This document shows, piece after piece, positions 1 to 13,279 of a stretch of 64,000 nucleotides of DNA; the stretch's first letter is position 1; each line of letters starts with the position of its first letter. The notes beneath the pieces are model-generated. The model was given only the letters and a program-made list of their open reading frames with translations, was not told the origin of the DNA and ran no database searches. The position numbers and the translations under genes are program-made. Origin of the DNA: Hemiscyllium ocellatum (taxonomy: Eukaryota); assembly GCF_020745735.1 (NCBI RefSeq), contig NC_083426.1, positions 41,974,001 through 42,038,000 on the forward strand, in the 5' to 3' direction.

Positions 1-384
1 ACTGTCTGAGACCTTCTTTAGACAAACAATCCATTAAACTCACTGTCAGTCTCAGTGGAACCTAAGGCAGCTGATTAGTCACAAACCCTCTGGACCAGTT
101 GCTTTAATTTGCAGAACAAATATTAGGCTGAATATTTTGTACATCATCCCTGCCAAAACAGTAGGACCATTTACAGATTCAGGTACTGTGAGATTACGTC
201 TCCCTGTCTGTATGTCAGTATAACTTGAAGAGACATGCTCATCATATCATCATTGTATCCTGATGCATAACTTGAGGGTAAAAAGATCTTATACTCTACC
301 TTACTTTAAAGTATGACACTTCAGTGGAAACAAGTTTTTCTGTTGCAAACCAATTAGCTTAACAATAGCCCAGACACTAAGGTG

Positions 385-654
385 CTGGATTAGTGGTGCT
401 GGAAGAGCACAGCAGTTGAGGCAGCATCCAAAGTACAATGAAATCGACGTTTCAGGCAAAAGCCCTTCATCAGGAATAAAGGCAGTGAGCCTGAAGTCTC
501 TCCACGCTTGAGGCTCACTGCCTTTATTCCTGATGAAAGGCTTTTGCCCGAAACGTCGATTTCACTGCATTTTGGATGCTGCCTGAACTGCTGTGCTCTT
601 CCAGCACCACTAATCCAGAATCTGGTTTCCAGCATCTACAGTCATTGTTTTTAC
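385..654. mobile_element. Non-autonomous Penelope-derived fold-back element (family 1) with two hammerhead motifs
   Basis: Inverted arms of about 105 bp with a short spacer near 493-510. Hammerhead cores at 446-473 (-) and 530-557 (+). 14-bp TSD cagaYactaaggtg (371-384 / 655-668). Confidence 0.85.
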
Positions 655-1381
655 CAGATACTAAGGTGGCTGAGGGATGTTACATTTGTACATATTGTTT
701 GTTGGTTCCTTTAGTAATATCCATGTCCAGTTTCTTAGGTTATGTGAAATAAGATAAGTATTGATACAAGAGGTAAAATACTGTTTGGAGGCAAACTCAC
801 ATGATATTAGCAGTAGTGACCATCTAGAAAAGGTTCCAATATCTTGATGGCAGATATTTGGGAAAATAACTGAAAATCTACTAGGCCACAGCTTTGGACA
901 ACAGTGAATGTAGATAAAGGGAAAATCGTCATCATAAGCAGAATCAGTTTCTCTAAGTGAGATCAGTTGTACAAATCTATACTGAAAATGTGTTGCTGGA
1001 AAAGTGCAGCAGGTCAGGCAGATTATTAACCACCAAGAAAATAGAGCTAACTTGTTCTTGATTACAATACATATTCTTGAATAAAGGCATTTCTAAAAAT
1101 CCCATAATTAAAAGAAGTTTTAAAAATAAAAAAGTTGCAATGCAGAACCAATGCAAAAGCTGGAAGAATGCTCGAGCTCTATGGTCTCTACATATGTAAC
1201 TGTTTCTCATACCGACTGTGACAAAGTTTGTCTTCTTAAAGAAGGAATAGTTTTTATTCTACACTGATATATAATCAGGGACACATGGCTTCAGATATAC
1301 AGTCAAACATTTTTAAAATGAAATAATGACAGCAACCTCGTTATGAACTGGGCATCCAGTGACACACTTAATGAATTATAG

Positions 1382-4030
1382 TTGTTCAGACAAAAGATGC
1401 AGTTTATATCACAGATCAAGCACACGATGATCTTGAGAAAAGGACTTTACAAACTTTTGCTTGTCACAGACAAGGAGGAGTTTTATAGAGTTAACACATC
1501 AGATCAGAAAGATCCAGAGGTTCTCAAAGACCAACTCAAGTTAATAATTAAATTTAGGATTAATAGAAACTCACTCATGTCGTAGAGATAGCAAACCCAA
1601 GAATCTATGGACCAGCTTGTCAGAAAATGCTAGAGCAAATGACACGACTGTGATTTTTCCAAGCAGGAACTGTCAGAGAAGCTAATTGAGTCAGTCATCA
1701 TTTCTACACATTTTCTGGAGAAGAAAATGGCCATTTCGTGGATGCACTAATTCAGGATGGACGCAGGTATGAAGCAATAGTGGCTGCCAACAGCAGTTAT
1801 ATGGTTTAGGTGCAGCGAAGATTGGTGTTCCTGTCCGCAAAATGCACCAAACCAACAAAGTCTGTGGCTTCTTACACCTACCCAAATGCTTTCCAGATGT
1901 TCTTGGAAACCTTAAAGCACCGGATACCGAAGGACATTGGGCATGTGCAGAAAGTTTGGTTCCAAAGGCCAAGCTAGATCCCAGGACAAACAGGTCATAG
2001 AGTCACAGAGTCCTACTGCAGAGAGAGAGAAAGGCTCGTAAGAAGGTGCACAAACACAGACGCGTCAATGACGGTCAGAACCAAGCAAGATAAATGTTAG
2101 AAGCTTTCCACAATGCTATCTTCACACACCATGCCAGTGATACAAGAGGATCTGAACTTCTTAAAGTCATTGCTATAACGTGTGCTGAAAAAGCAGGACA
2201 AGCATACACTAAAAGCTAAAATCAATGTGAGAACTAGTGCTGACATGTTACCACTGAGGATCAAGAAAAATATGTATACCAGCAGGTAACACTCCATGAA
2301 ACAGCCCATCAGAGACCATTACGCAGTGTGCTGTATAACAGATGATCAATTCCATGCATTAACAGAATCACACTGCAATGCCAATACACAAACTCTCCTT
2401 GGCTTCCTGAAATTTTTGACTTGGTCAATATCAATGGTCTAGCAGTGTCAGGACTCGTAGGATACATGGGTCTCAGTAAAGTCAGAATTCATGAGAATCA
2501 AACCATACTCACTGTGGTAGAATAGCCCAAATATGATGTAATCAAATCAGTCAATAGTCTGCAGGGATAAGATTTCAAAGTGAGATATGAACTGAGATGG
2601 TCGAGTATGATGCACTGAGTGGATTACCCAACTCTAAGACCAAGATATTCCTCTTGACCTACATTGAAACATTAGGTTGGGAAATTGCAGACATTCTCAC
2701 TTTGACCAGAGCCAGTTTGAACAGCTGCAATCAGCAACTGCTGAAGATGGATAACTACAAGAGTTGTAGAAGATTATGACAGAGTCAAAGGATTAGGAGA
2801 AAATGAGGACTGCAGATGCTGGAGATCAGAGTCAAAACGTGTGGGGCTGGAAAAGCACAGCCAGTCAGGCAGCATGTGAGGAGCGGGAGAGTCAACATTT
2901 TGAGCATCAGCTCTTCATCAGGATTACCTGAGAAACTTTGTCCATTCTGGCCGTACACAGATGATCCTGAAAAGTCATACCATCATTGCATTATCAATTC
3001 AAAAGGTCTGGAGACTGTGTGGCATGTACTATCAAGTCAGTGATCATTACATGTTGAGCATCTAAGTTAGATTTTCAGGGTTGTATTGCTGTATTTTCCA
3101 ACAACACCTAAAGAGAGGATTATCATTCCCATTATAATTTACACTCAGAAGACAAGCTTGAATGACGTAGCCCAGCAGCCAATTCTCTAATCATTCTGAG
3201 ATACAGGACATTCTTCTTCAAAGACAGAGGAGAATAAAAGAGGTATATGATGAATGAGTAGATAGAGAACTACCAAAAGTGTACATTGAGCAGAGAGTGT
3301 GAGTTTTAAATTTAAATCCAAATACTTGGATAGAACAAAGGCTTCGAAAATATGCAACCATCCAGATCATCCAGTCATTGCTGATGATGATGCGACATTA
3401 TGAAGCAGCAGCAGACAGTTCAGACCACACATGCATGAGGACGATGGGACAAGACACTCTGATGATGATTGAGCTGTGGCGATGAGTGACAACAATGAGC
3501 AATAAGAAAAACAAGTTGAACATAGGACAATGTGTATCCCTCCTGATAAGTATCTGATCATCAGATCTGAATGTGTTGTCAAACCGCTCCCCACCCGCTC
3601 CCCCAAAAGCATTACATTGAAGATTGAATTATTAGTCCTGGCAACTGTTTTATTTGTTTCTAATCATCAAATTGACAGCATGTGTTATATAAAACCTTGC
3701 ATATTGGTTTGAGGTGCGATTTTTTTATCTTTGAGAAAAAGGGACATGTTGGATTATGTCTCATGGTCAGGATATCAGTGTACCTTTAAGAGGTTTACTG
3801 ACAATATTGCACCATTGCAAGTGAGCTCAGCGTAAAAAGCTCTCACCGTCTATCTTATTGCAGGTCACTTGAAGTATAAAAACTGCACTGGAATCATGCT
3901 TCTCTGATGTAAACACATAGCTTAACATTTGTTCTGTTTATGTATGAGCTCTTGTGTCTGAGGAATGTAATGTTTATACATAATAGTTAATTGTCATAAG
4001 TATCTGTTGGATTCTTCAACACCATAGTAC
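1382..4030 (+). mobile_element. Heavily decayed Gypsy-type LTR retrotransposon remnant
   Basis: Fragmentary motifs in retroelement order: GHWAC zinc-knuckle-like (~1930), TSADMLPL protease-like (~2235), PEKLCPFWPYTDD (~2930), IIRSECVVKPLP pol C-terminus (~3560), then a purine tract and TGT-starting LTR-like sequence (~3748). Many stops. Confidence 0.5.
2797..2926 (-). mobile_element. Penelope family-1 terminal fragment inserted in the decayed Gypsy
   Basis: Same sequence family as 385-654 (gctggaaaagcacagc...gcagcat...cttcatcagga), degenerate. Confidence 0.7.
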
Positions 4031-4576
4031 TCAAACACAAGTTACAGGAGATAACATCAATATTGACAAACCAGATAAATCACTCTTTCGCAAGTAAACT
4101 CGCACTATCTGTTTCCTAACTTTATCTAGACCCTTTCACTGAAAAATGAGAAGGAATGTTGTCTGTGATCACCTGGATTGTGGAAATACTGCAAGAAAAG
4201 TTATTTTTTAACTCCTGGTGCAACTTGCTTTCCTGGCAAGTTATGGAGTTATTTTTGAATACAGCTCTTGGTCTTTTCTTCCGTTATAGTTTGATCCTTT
4301 CATTTTTGTAAATACTTTTCACACTTTCTAGTGCTGCCCTATTCTATTGTCTGATCTCCACACTGACACATTTTCCAGAAGGAATGAGCTAGGTGAGAAG
4401 CAACATATCTAGTTTGTTCTCCTTCAAAGCTCAGGAGGAGCTTAAGACCATTGTGAGAATCTGTACAGTCACCTGAAATCTTGGGGATGGTTTTTATTTG
4501 GGGACATTGGCTTCTTCAGGCCTTGAAGAAGTGGCCAAGGCAGGGCTCCTGTATTAAAACATTAGTTTGTGTTTAG

Positions 4577-6489
4577 TGTGACGTTGCTGTGCCCTGGCCT
4601 TTTTTTTTAAAAGAGAGGTTTTAAGAGATAAGTGGGGAGTTGTCTATTTGAAAATCCAATAAAATAAATAGCTTGTGAGGCCTTGGGTTTTTTTCAAGTT
4701 GGAATAATATAAGCAGCCTGGATGGGTATGGCCAGCTCTCACTCTCTTTCAAGTTTTACTTTAGCTTTTAGATTTAGCTTTAAGCAGTTGCTGTTGGAGT
4801 CTCAACGGAGAAGTCGCTGCTGGAGGTTTGAAGAAGTTGAAGCTTCCTTTTCTCTCTCTGGGTTATAGCTAGAAGCTGGGGCTTCTCTCTGTCGGGCAAA
4901 TCCAATTTTCTGAATTTGATATTTTGCCAAGGGGTATATTTATGGAATATTATTATTATTGGAACAGTTAATTAGCAAGAGTTACTGTATCTATTATTCT
5001 GTTAAGTTTTCCAATTAAGTTATTCTAAGTTCTTCTTTCTTTTGTTGTATTTTAAGTATATTATGCTTTGCTTATTGATGAATAGTTTGATCAATCATGG
5101 ATTGAGGATTGTCTGTCTGATAAAGGCAGGGAGTTGGGATAAAAGGCTCTTTTTTGGAATGGCAGCTAGTGACAAGTGGTGTCCTGGAGGGTTCAGGGTT
5201 AGGGCCACAGCTGTTCACTTTATATATTAAAGATCTGGATAAAGGGGCTGGGAGCATTCTGGGGAAGTTCACCAATGATACAAAGTCAGGCGGACAGGCA
5301 GGTAGTTCTGAGGAGGTGGGAAGGCTGCAGAAAGATTTAGACAGTTTCAGAGAGTGGTCCAGGAAATGTGTGATGAAATTGAACATGAGAAAATTCGAGG
5401 TATTGCACTTTGGAAAAAAAGAATACAGGCATGGACTATTTTCTAAACGGTGAGAAAATTCCTAAAGCCAAAATACAAAGGGATCTGGGAATGCTAGTGT
5501 AGGATTCTGTAAAGGTTGACTTACAGGTTGAGTCCATGGTTAAGAAAGCAAATGTAATGTTGTCATTTATCTCAAGAGGGTTGGAATATAAAAGCGTGCG
5601 ATGTGCTACTGAGACTTTATAAAGCTCTAGTTAGGCCCCATTTAGAATACTGTATCCAATTTTGGGCTCCACACCTCAGGAAGGACATATTGGCAGTGGA
5701 GCGTGTCCAGTGGAGATTCACACGGATGATCCCTAGAATGGTAGGCCTAACATACGATGAACGGATGAGGATCCTGGCATTGTATTCATTAGAGTTTAGA
5801 AGGTTGAGGGGAGCTCTAATAGAAACTAATAAGATAATGCATGGCTTAGTAAGAGTGGATGCTGGGAATTTGTTTCCGTTAGGCGAGGAGACTAGGACCC
5901 ATGTGCACAGCTTTAGAATTAGAGGGGGTCAATTTAGAACAGAAATGAGGAGAAAGTTCTTCAGCCAGAGAGTCGTGGGCCTGTGGATTTCATTGTTACG
6001 GAGTGCAGTGGAGGCCGGGACTGTAAATGGCTTCAAGGCAGAGATTGATAAATTCTTAATCTTGCAAGGAATTATGGGCTACGGGGAGAGTACGGGTAAG
6101 TGGTATTGAAATGCCCATCAACCATGATTGAATGGCGGAGTGGACTCGATGGGCCAATTGGCCTTACTTCCACTTCTATGTCTTATAGTCTTATAAAGAA
6201 AGATCAACCGGCAGAGATTGATAAATTCTTGACCTCGAAAGGGATTAAGGGATATGGGGAGAGTCTGGGTAAGTGGAGTTAAAATGCCCATCAGCCACGA
6301 TTGAATGGTGATGTGGACTTGATAGGCCGAATGGTCTTGCTTCCACTCCTATATCTTATGGTGTTATGGTCTTAATCGAAATACATCTGGAACACAGCAC
6401 TTTACATTTGCCTTTAAAATAAGAAAAGTTAAAATCTATATTACCTTCTTAAAGTAGTTTTTGAGGGGTTTCAGGTCTGGTCCATAACA
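4577..6489. mobile_element. Solo LTR (TGTGACG...CATAACA) interrupted by a CR1
   Basis: TG...CA termini with short inverted ends and a 4-bp TSD TTAG (4573-4576 / 6490-6493). Confidence 0.7.
5097..6373 (+). mobile_element. 5'-truncated CR1 LINE (RT C-terminal part) with two tandem 3' ends
   Basis: ORFs 5154-5453 and 5603-6109 carry CR1 RT motifs ([28 protein letters not shown]). The 3' end with a ttatg tail occurs twice (~6050-6195 and ~6205-6373). Confidence 0.9.
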
Positions 6490-7391
6490 TTAGTCCAAGA
6501 ACCGTCTTGGTAAATGAATTGAAACGTTTGCTTGGAACATGATTGTTGACCATTTAAATTGCTTGTTAATACTCATTAATGAGGCTGCATGGCAATCTGA
6601 CGGATGGTGTTTGAATTAATTAATGCCCTTTCCGAATATAGACCAGGAATAATCAAGAGAAAAACAATTTATTGCTTTAGATCTTAGGTTCTACTTAAAC
6701 ACAGTTCCTTTGCAACTGAATCTTTGAAAAGAGCTTATGGTGCAGTGGTAGTGTTCCCATCCCTGGACTGGGAGGCCCTAGTTCCAGTTCCATAACATCT
6801 CTGAACAAGCTATTATTAAAATTCTTTGAAACACTTAGGGAGACTTCCTGACACTCTGTCAAAACTTCAACAACACTTGAGCAAAATTTCTTATAGCAAT
6901 TTTCTGACAGCTATACTTAAGTGTTTAAGTGCTATACTACTCTAAACTATTGTGCACTTTATGAGACTCACTGGGAATAAGGGAGTGCTTAATTATAAGT
7001 CACTAGCCAGAGGTTTGAGATGAAATGGATGCACAATCTGAGGAAATAGGCAGCAGCACTGTTGCAGGGGCAGGAAGGTGAAGTAGCTTCTTCCTCCCAG
7101 TCTGGTAACAGTGCAATCTTTCTTCCCTGGAACTCCTTCACCCCCACTGCTACTTCTGAGAAGTCTGTATGTCTCATGGAGTATCAGAATCATCCTGAAC
7201 CCACCATTTTCTGTCAAGCATTGTACTCCACCATGTCAGTGGGTGCATGAAAGTCACATATACTGCTCCACAAATGTCACTTCCAGATAGTGATTGACTG
7301 CTAATATTGGAGGTGTCTGTTCTAGCTGATCCAGGCAAATTCAAATTTTGATAATCAGTAAATTGAGTGTAGAAACCAGATTTTCAAGAAG

Positions 7392-7995
7392 TGTCAGTAC
7401 AGGAGTTAGGAGGTCATGTTACGGCTGTATAAAACATTTGTTAGGCCACTTTTGGAATATTGCATACAATTCTGGTCTCCTTCCTGTCAGAAGGGTGTTG
7501 TGAAACTTGAAAGGGTTCAGAAAAGATTTCCAAGGATGTTGCCAAGGTTGGAAGATTTGAGCTATAGGGAGAGATTGAATAGGCTGGGGGCTGTTTTCCC
7601 TGGAGTGTCAGAGGCTGAGGGGTGACCTTATAGAGGTTTTCAAAATTATAAGTGGCATGGATAGGATAAATAGACAATGTCTCTTCCCTGGGGTGGGGCA
7701 GTCGAGAATTGGAGGGCATAGGTTTAAGGTGTGATGGGAAAGATATAAAAGAGACCTAAGGGGCAACTTTTTCACGTAGAGGGTGGTGCGTGTATGGAAT
7801 GATTTGCTAGAGGAAGTGGTGGAAGCTGGTACAATTGCAACATTTAAAAGGCATCTGGATGGGTGTATGAATTGGAAGGGTTTGGAGGGATATGAAACTG
7901 GTGTTGGCAGGTGGGATTGTTTGGTTTGGGCTATGTGGTCGGCATGGATGAGTTGGACTGAAGAGTCTGTTTCTGTGCTGTGCATCTCTATGACT
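7392..7995 (+). mobile_element. CR1 LINE 3' fragment
   Basis: MLRLYKTFVRPLLEYCIQFWSP motif and a ctatgact tail. Confidence 0.9.
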
Positions 7996-8005
7996 CTTTG
8001 TCTTG

Positions 8006-8322
8006 TTAGATTAGATTAGATTCCCTACAGAGTGGAAACAGGCCCTTTGGCCCAACAAGCCCAACTGACCCTCCGAAGAGCAACCCATCCAGACCCATTT
8101 CCCTCTGACTAATGTACCTAACACAATGGGCAATTTAGAATGGCCAATTCACCTGACCTGAACATCTTTGGACCGTGGGAGGAAACCGAAGCACCCGGAG
8201 GAAACCCACGCAGACATGGGGAGAAGGTGAAAACACCACATAGACAGTTGCCTGAGGCTGGAATCAAACCTGGGTCCCTGGTGCTGTGAGGCAGCAATGC
8301 TAACCACTGAGCCACCATGCTC
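8006..8322 (-). mobile_element. HE1-like tRNA-derived V-SINE
   Basis: tRNA-like head (A/B boxes), V-domain tgtgtggagtttgca...ttctccccgtgtctgcgtggg, (TCTAA)n tail. Confidence 0.85.
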
Positions 8323-9104
8323 TTCTTAGTGCTGCCCTCATTTATTGTGCATTTTCACTCTTTCCTTAAAATAGTTGCCCTTCTGCTATTAAATGGATTC
8401 AGTTCTGTACTTAATCCCTTTACGGTTCTACCAACTGTAGAAAGATTCCTGGTTTATACTTGTCATAGCGAAGTCACATTTCAATGATGAAGCAGATCAG
8501 AGCTGGTCCTTGATAGAGTTTCACTGGCAGTGAAGTTTTACAGCTCTGGCTCTGTTGCTGACTGATCTGATTGCTGGAGACAGCATTTCTAAAAATGGAA
8601 CTGGACCACTAGACTGAAATAGGAAAGGAGAGCACAATTAGATGTATTGACACAGTGATGGCTAATATTATTATGGTCAAAATTAATGTGCAGCAACAAA
8701 ATGGCAGCTGAGTTAGCCCACTAGGAATCTTGTATTTCTTATAAAATGGCACCACTGTTTGCAATTTCTCACTGACTGCTTGCTGGGAACTGGTTCAAAA
8801 ATATCAAATACCCTTCAGCACCTTTTCTGCGGACACTTTTCACTTGAACTTTGAGAATAATTGCTTTCAACACAGTTCAGTCATGTCCTGTTTTCCCATC
8901 ATATCCATGGAAAATCCACTTCCATTATTGGACAATTACCAGGGACGAGAACTGTATTGTTCCTTCGAATTGTGTCGCTCTGACGATTGGAATTGGCCCT
9001 AACTGCGCTGAGTGTTAAAAAATCTGTGCCTGTAATGTCCTCCAGTGAGGACACGATACATTGTCTGCCCAGACCTTTGTAGACATTGCGACTATCCGGA
9101 AACA

Positions 9105-9585
9105 AAATCTTCACCAGGATGTTGCCAGGAATGAAAACTCTCAGTTATGAGGAGAGTCTGGACTTGATTTCCTTGGAGCAGAGGAAGCTGACTGGGGTTC
9201 TGACCACTGTATTAAAAAGTTATGAGCGAGGTATAGACTAAGTGAATTGTGAGCCTTTCTTCCTCATGGCTGATGACTCTAAGACCAGAGGGGCATAAAC
9301 TTAAGGTGAGGAACAAGTGGTTTAGAGGAAATCTGAGAAAAGTCTTTTTCACCAGAAAGTGGTAGAAATATGGAACATGCTGCCTGAGAGGGTGGTGGAG
9401 GCAGGTATTCTTGCAACATTTAAGAAACAACTGGGTGGGCACTTAAAATGCCTGGGCATAGTAAGCTAAGGAGAAGTGAGTGTAAATGGGATTAGTGTAA
9501 TTTAGTGTTTGTTGGTCGGCATAGACAGGTGGGCTCAGGGGTCTGTTTCTATTCTCTATGACTCTATAACTCTATGACTCCTCGT
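9105..9585 (+). mobile_element. CR1 LINE 3' fragment
   Basis: accaggatgttgccagga...gggcataaacttaaggtg...ttttcaccagaaagtggt and a ctatgact tail. Confidence 0.8.
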
Positions 9586-10249
9586 TTCACAAGCTGAAGA
9601 ATAATAATTTTTAACTGGTGTTTGTGTCATCATATGAATTTATAGATAATCGCTTCTTGGTGAGTATTTACAGTTACTCAGCTCACAATGTTTTATATTA
9701 AATTAAATGATTTGCCACAAAGTTCTTCTAGCACTTTTCTCATCATGGACACTCACCGAGGCTTATATAGTGAAAGATCCATCTGGTATATTTGCTTCTA
9801 CATTATCTTTTTTGGTGGGGATGAATAGACCTTATTTATTATTGTGTGGTAGAAGTGACACTTCACAGATTGCTCTCTGCCACACAGCAGTCAAAACTTC
9901 TATTTTCCAGTCTGTAGTTCCAAGTAAGAGTACATCACCTTACACAGATACATCACCTTACACAACTGATGTCCATGTTTACTCTTCAGCTTGATTTGGG
10001 ACTGCTCCTACAGATTATAATCTGTAACTTCCTCGGTGTGACTAGTCTTCAACTCTGTGGAGTTCCTATCTCTCACTCACCCACTGCTTTGAGTCTATCA
10101 GGTCCTAAATGCTTTTTGTTGACTGTAGATTCCACCTTGTTGAATATTGTCATAAGATTCTCTTCTGTAGAGATCTTGAAGGTTCAACTCTTTCTGTTGT
10201 TGTCTGTTTACATGAACAGCCTTATTCAGCTGTCTCTGAAGTTTTTGAT

Positions 10250-10860
10250 TTGATTTATTATTGTCACATGTACCTGGTATAGTGAAAAGTTTTATTTTGT
10301 GTGCAATACAGGCAGATCATACCATACAAAATGCATTAGGGCAAAGAATACAATGTTACAGCTGTAGATAAAATGCACAAAGAACAAGATCAACATTAAA
10401 TTAAAAATTTGTGAGGTCAATTCAGAAATCTGATAACAGTGGGGAGGAAGCTGTTCTTGAATCTATTTGCACATGTATACAGACTTTTATACCTTCTGGC
10501 TGACAGAAATGGATAGAAGAGCCTATAATCAGGTGGGTGGGGTATTTCATTATATTGGTTGCTTTCAACTTTGGCAGTGGGAAGTATAGATGGATGGAAG
10601 GCTGTTTTGCGTGATGGACTGGAATGGAAGTCAATGGATAGAAGGCTGGTTTGCGTGATGGACTGGAGTGGGTTCACAACTCTCTGTAATTTCTTTCAGT
10701 TTTGGGAAGAGCAGTTGTCAAATCACATTGTATTGCATCTTGATAGAATATTTTCTGTGGTGCATCTATAAAAATTGGTAAGACTCCTTATGAACACACT
10801 GACTTTCCTGAGGAAGTAGAGACACTGTTGTGCTTTGTGGTCATCATGTTTTGTTGACAT
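10250..10860 (-). mobile_element. Rex1/Babar-like LINE 3' fragment
   Basis: RRYKSLYTCANRFKNSFLPTVIRFLN C-terminal motif (ORF 10417-10677) and an aataaa-rich tail. Confidence 0.65.
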
Positions 10861-12294
10861 TCTTTTGATATCCAACCCCTACTGTCTAATAGTAAGACAC
10901 AGCAACATTTACTATTGGCACCATGTCATAATGTGAATCCTCACCACTGCTCATTGTGGTGTATGAGCTGTCTAATGGATTTGCTGCCATGATCCTCTTT
11001 CCAGGTAGAAATCCACGGAGACTCTAAGCAAAACCACTTAGATGTCTAATAAGAAGAGGCTCATGTCTTCCTCAAAGTGTATTTTGTTGCATTATAGCAA
11101 TTAATTATAGGTTACATTGGTATGATAGTTACAAAACTGAGGGACACCTCAACAACGGGTCTTCTTCCTTGGCAGTCCAAAGCTGTTATTTCACTTGCAG
11201 CATCATCACCACATTGCGTGATGCTTAATGCAATTCCCAGCATTAAGTTTTTCAGACTCTTACACCCTAATGCAACATTCAATTGGGAAGTACAGTGGTG
11301 GGACTGCAGCAGATTTCAGTTTGGTTTGTGCATTTGGCCACAGTGCCATTTACTAAACAAAAACTGCTCCTAAAATCATCTGTACGCAACACTATAAGCT
11401 GATTATTAGTGTATGCAATGCATGTCAATATGCAGGTACAGAACGTACTGCAACACAGTGAATCTGTTTTCATGGTTACACACAGCACTGGCTGAAACAC
11501 CCAAGTTGACTTGCCAGTTGGATTTTGCACAGAAAAGGCAGCTGTCGTTGGATTAAATGTGCGTTTAGCAAACAGTGAAATTGTTTGCACAACTGTTCCC
11601 ATGGATAATAAACAGGGGAAAGAAAGCTGGAATGGGGATAAAATATTTGAAGAGAGAAAAGAAATATGAGGCAAAAAACCTGAACCAAAAGAGGAAGTAG
11701 ATATAAAATAGAGAGAGAGGTTCCCGAATAGGTCACAGAGTAAACACTGTCCAACACGGACCAGTTAGTGTGCAAACCCAATCTGAGTCCATTATCACCA
11801 AACAGGGCGATAATATAGGCCTACCAATGCTGTTGAAATGTTCAGACTTGGGAAGGGGAAAGGTCATCTTTGGAAGCTAATTCCAGATCTTGATTGCTTT
11901 CATTGACTTCCATTATAAAGGGTGAATGTTGGGTAAGGACATGACAAAGTTTGATCAAATTCACCCAAAAAAGAATTATTTATAAAATTTGTAAATGTAC
12001 ATTATATTGCAGTTTAAATTTTGGTACAGTGAAAAAATAGTACAGTTCATTATTTTTCAATACGGTGCACAGTGCCTCACCACATTTACAATTACTAATT
12101 ATATTTACAATTTACATTTTCATGTCACACATTCCCTGGTGCTGGTAGCAAGGAGTTTTCTACAGTTCAGACCTTCAGCGTCAGAGGTCTTTAGTTCGTG
12201 GACTTTGCCCATTGAGCCCTTTGACATTGTGCCCCCAAGCTTTAGTTTCTCCTTCAGCACATAGTCTTGCATCTTAGAATGTGTCAGTTGGCAT

Positions 12295-12390
12295 GGGATT
12301 TTGCCCGAAACATCGATTTCACTGTACTTTGGAGCTTTTATTCCTGCCTGAACTGCTGTGCTCTTCCAGCACCATTAATCCAGAACATGC
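12295..12390 (+). mobile_element. Penelope family-1 terminal fragment
   Basis: gcccgaaacatcgatttc...gaactgctgtgctcttccagcacc, matching 545-620. Confidence 0.75.
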
Positions 12391-12719
12391 AGTCGTAGAC
12401 AGTTCTTTACGCTAGAAAGATTTTGGTTGAACGCTGCCATGGTTGGATAACCTGAAGATGGTCATTGTCCAGAATGTTCTCTCTTCAAGGTGCTAGCTGA
12501 CTTCTTGTGGGCTCCCCCAACAGGAAAATTCTCTTTAGTTGGGGATCTTGAGAGTAAATATGGATTCTGAAGGAATAAGTCTCCAGAATGGCAGTTTTAA
12601 TGGCCTGTTTCCTTACATTAACCTGGGTCCTGAATTGTTTTTTAACAAGAGTTTCTGCAAAAGGATTTCAAAGTAAAAAAAAAACTCCTGCATCCTCAGG
12701 ATGTCACATAGCACTTCAG

Positions 12720-12990
12720 AATGAATCAGGTACTTTTCATTTGAAATAAGGTTCTTGTTGTAATTCAGAAAATGTAGTTAAGTGGTAAATTATTGACCAA
12801 GATTTTAGGACGACCCTGCTACTCTTCTGCAACATAGTACCATGCATCAACAGATGGGGTCTTATATACCTCACTTAAAGGTAACAATTCTGACAATGCA
12901 ACAATCTCATAATACTGTCCTAGCCTAGCGACAAGGAACTCACAATCTTTTGACTCAGAGATGATAGTGTGGTCAATGACAGCTGAAATA
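12720..12990 (-). mobile_element. Old Deu-SINE-like (SacSINE1/AmnSINE1-type) copy
   Basis: The reverse complement resembles the recalled Deu core (ctaggctgacact..cagtactg..gctgcactgtc.gaggtgcc) and the tRNA-like head. Degenerate. Confidence 0.5.
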
Positions 12991-13279
12991 CTGTGACAAA
13001 GAAATCATCTCTTGATGTTTTTTTAAAATGTAAGTATAAATCTAAGCTAGTCAAGCAAGTCACAATGGCAATTGTCTTTCTCGAGTGGTCAATATTTATG
13101 CATATATCTAACATTAAGAGTCAAACAGCCATCTATTATAGAGGATATCTTCAGTTAGCTTTGACCCAGTCCTCAACCCTTATTCATATATTTGCTCTTT
13201 CAATAGAGGTCGCTATATAGCGATCATTCTCTCGCACTGGGAATCCAATTGTAGCATTGTCAGACCCCTACCATCTTTC

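Noticed and set aside
8899-9114. CpG-containing 71-aa ORF as an exon of an upstream neighbour (UNC5CL/TSPO2)
   Set aside because: No similarity that I can recognise in any frame and no convincing splice sites.
9700-11120. Possible Gypsy gag/protease remnants and an 18-bp tandem duplication (~9930-9965)
   Set aside because: Too degenerate to assign by eye.
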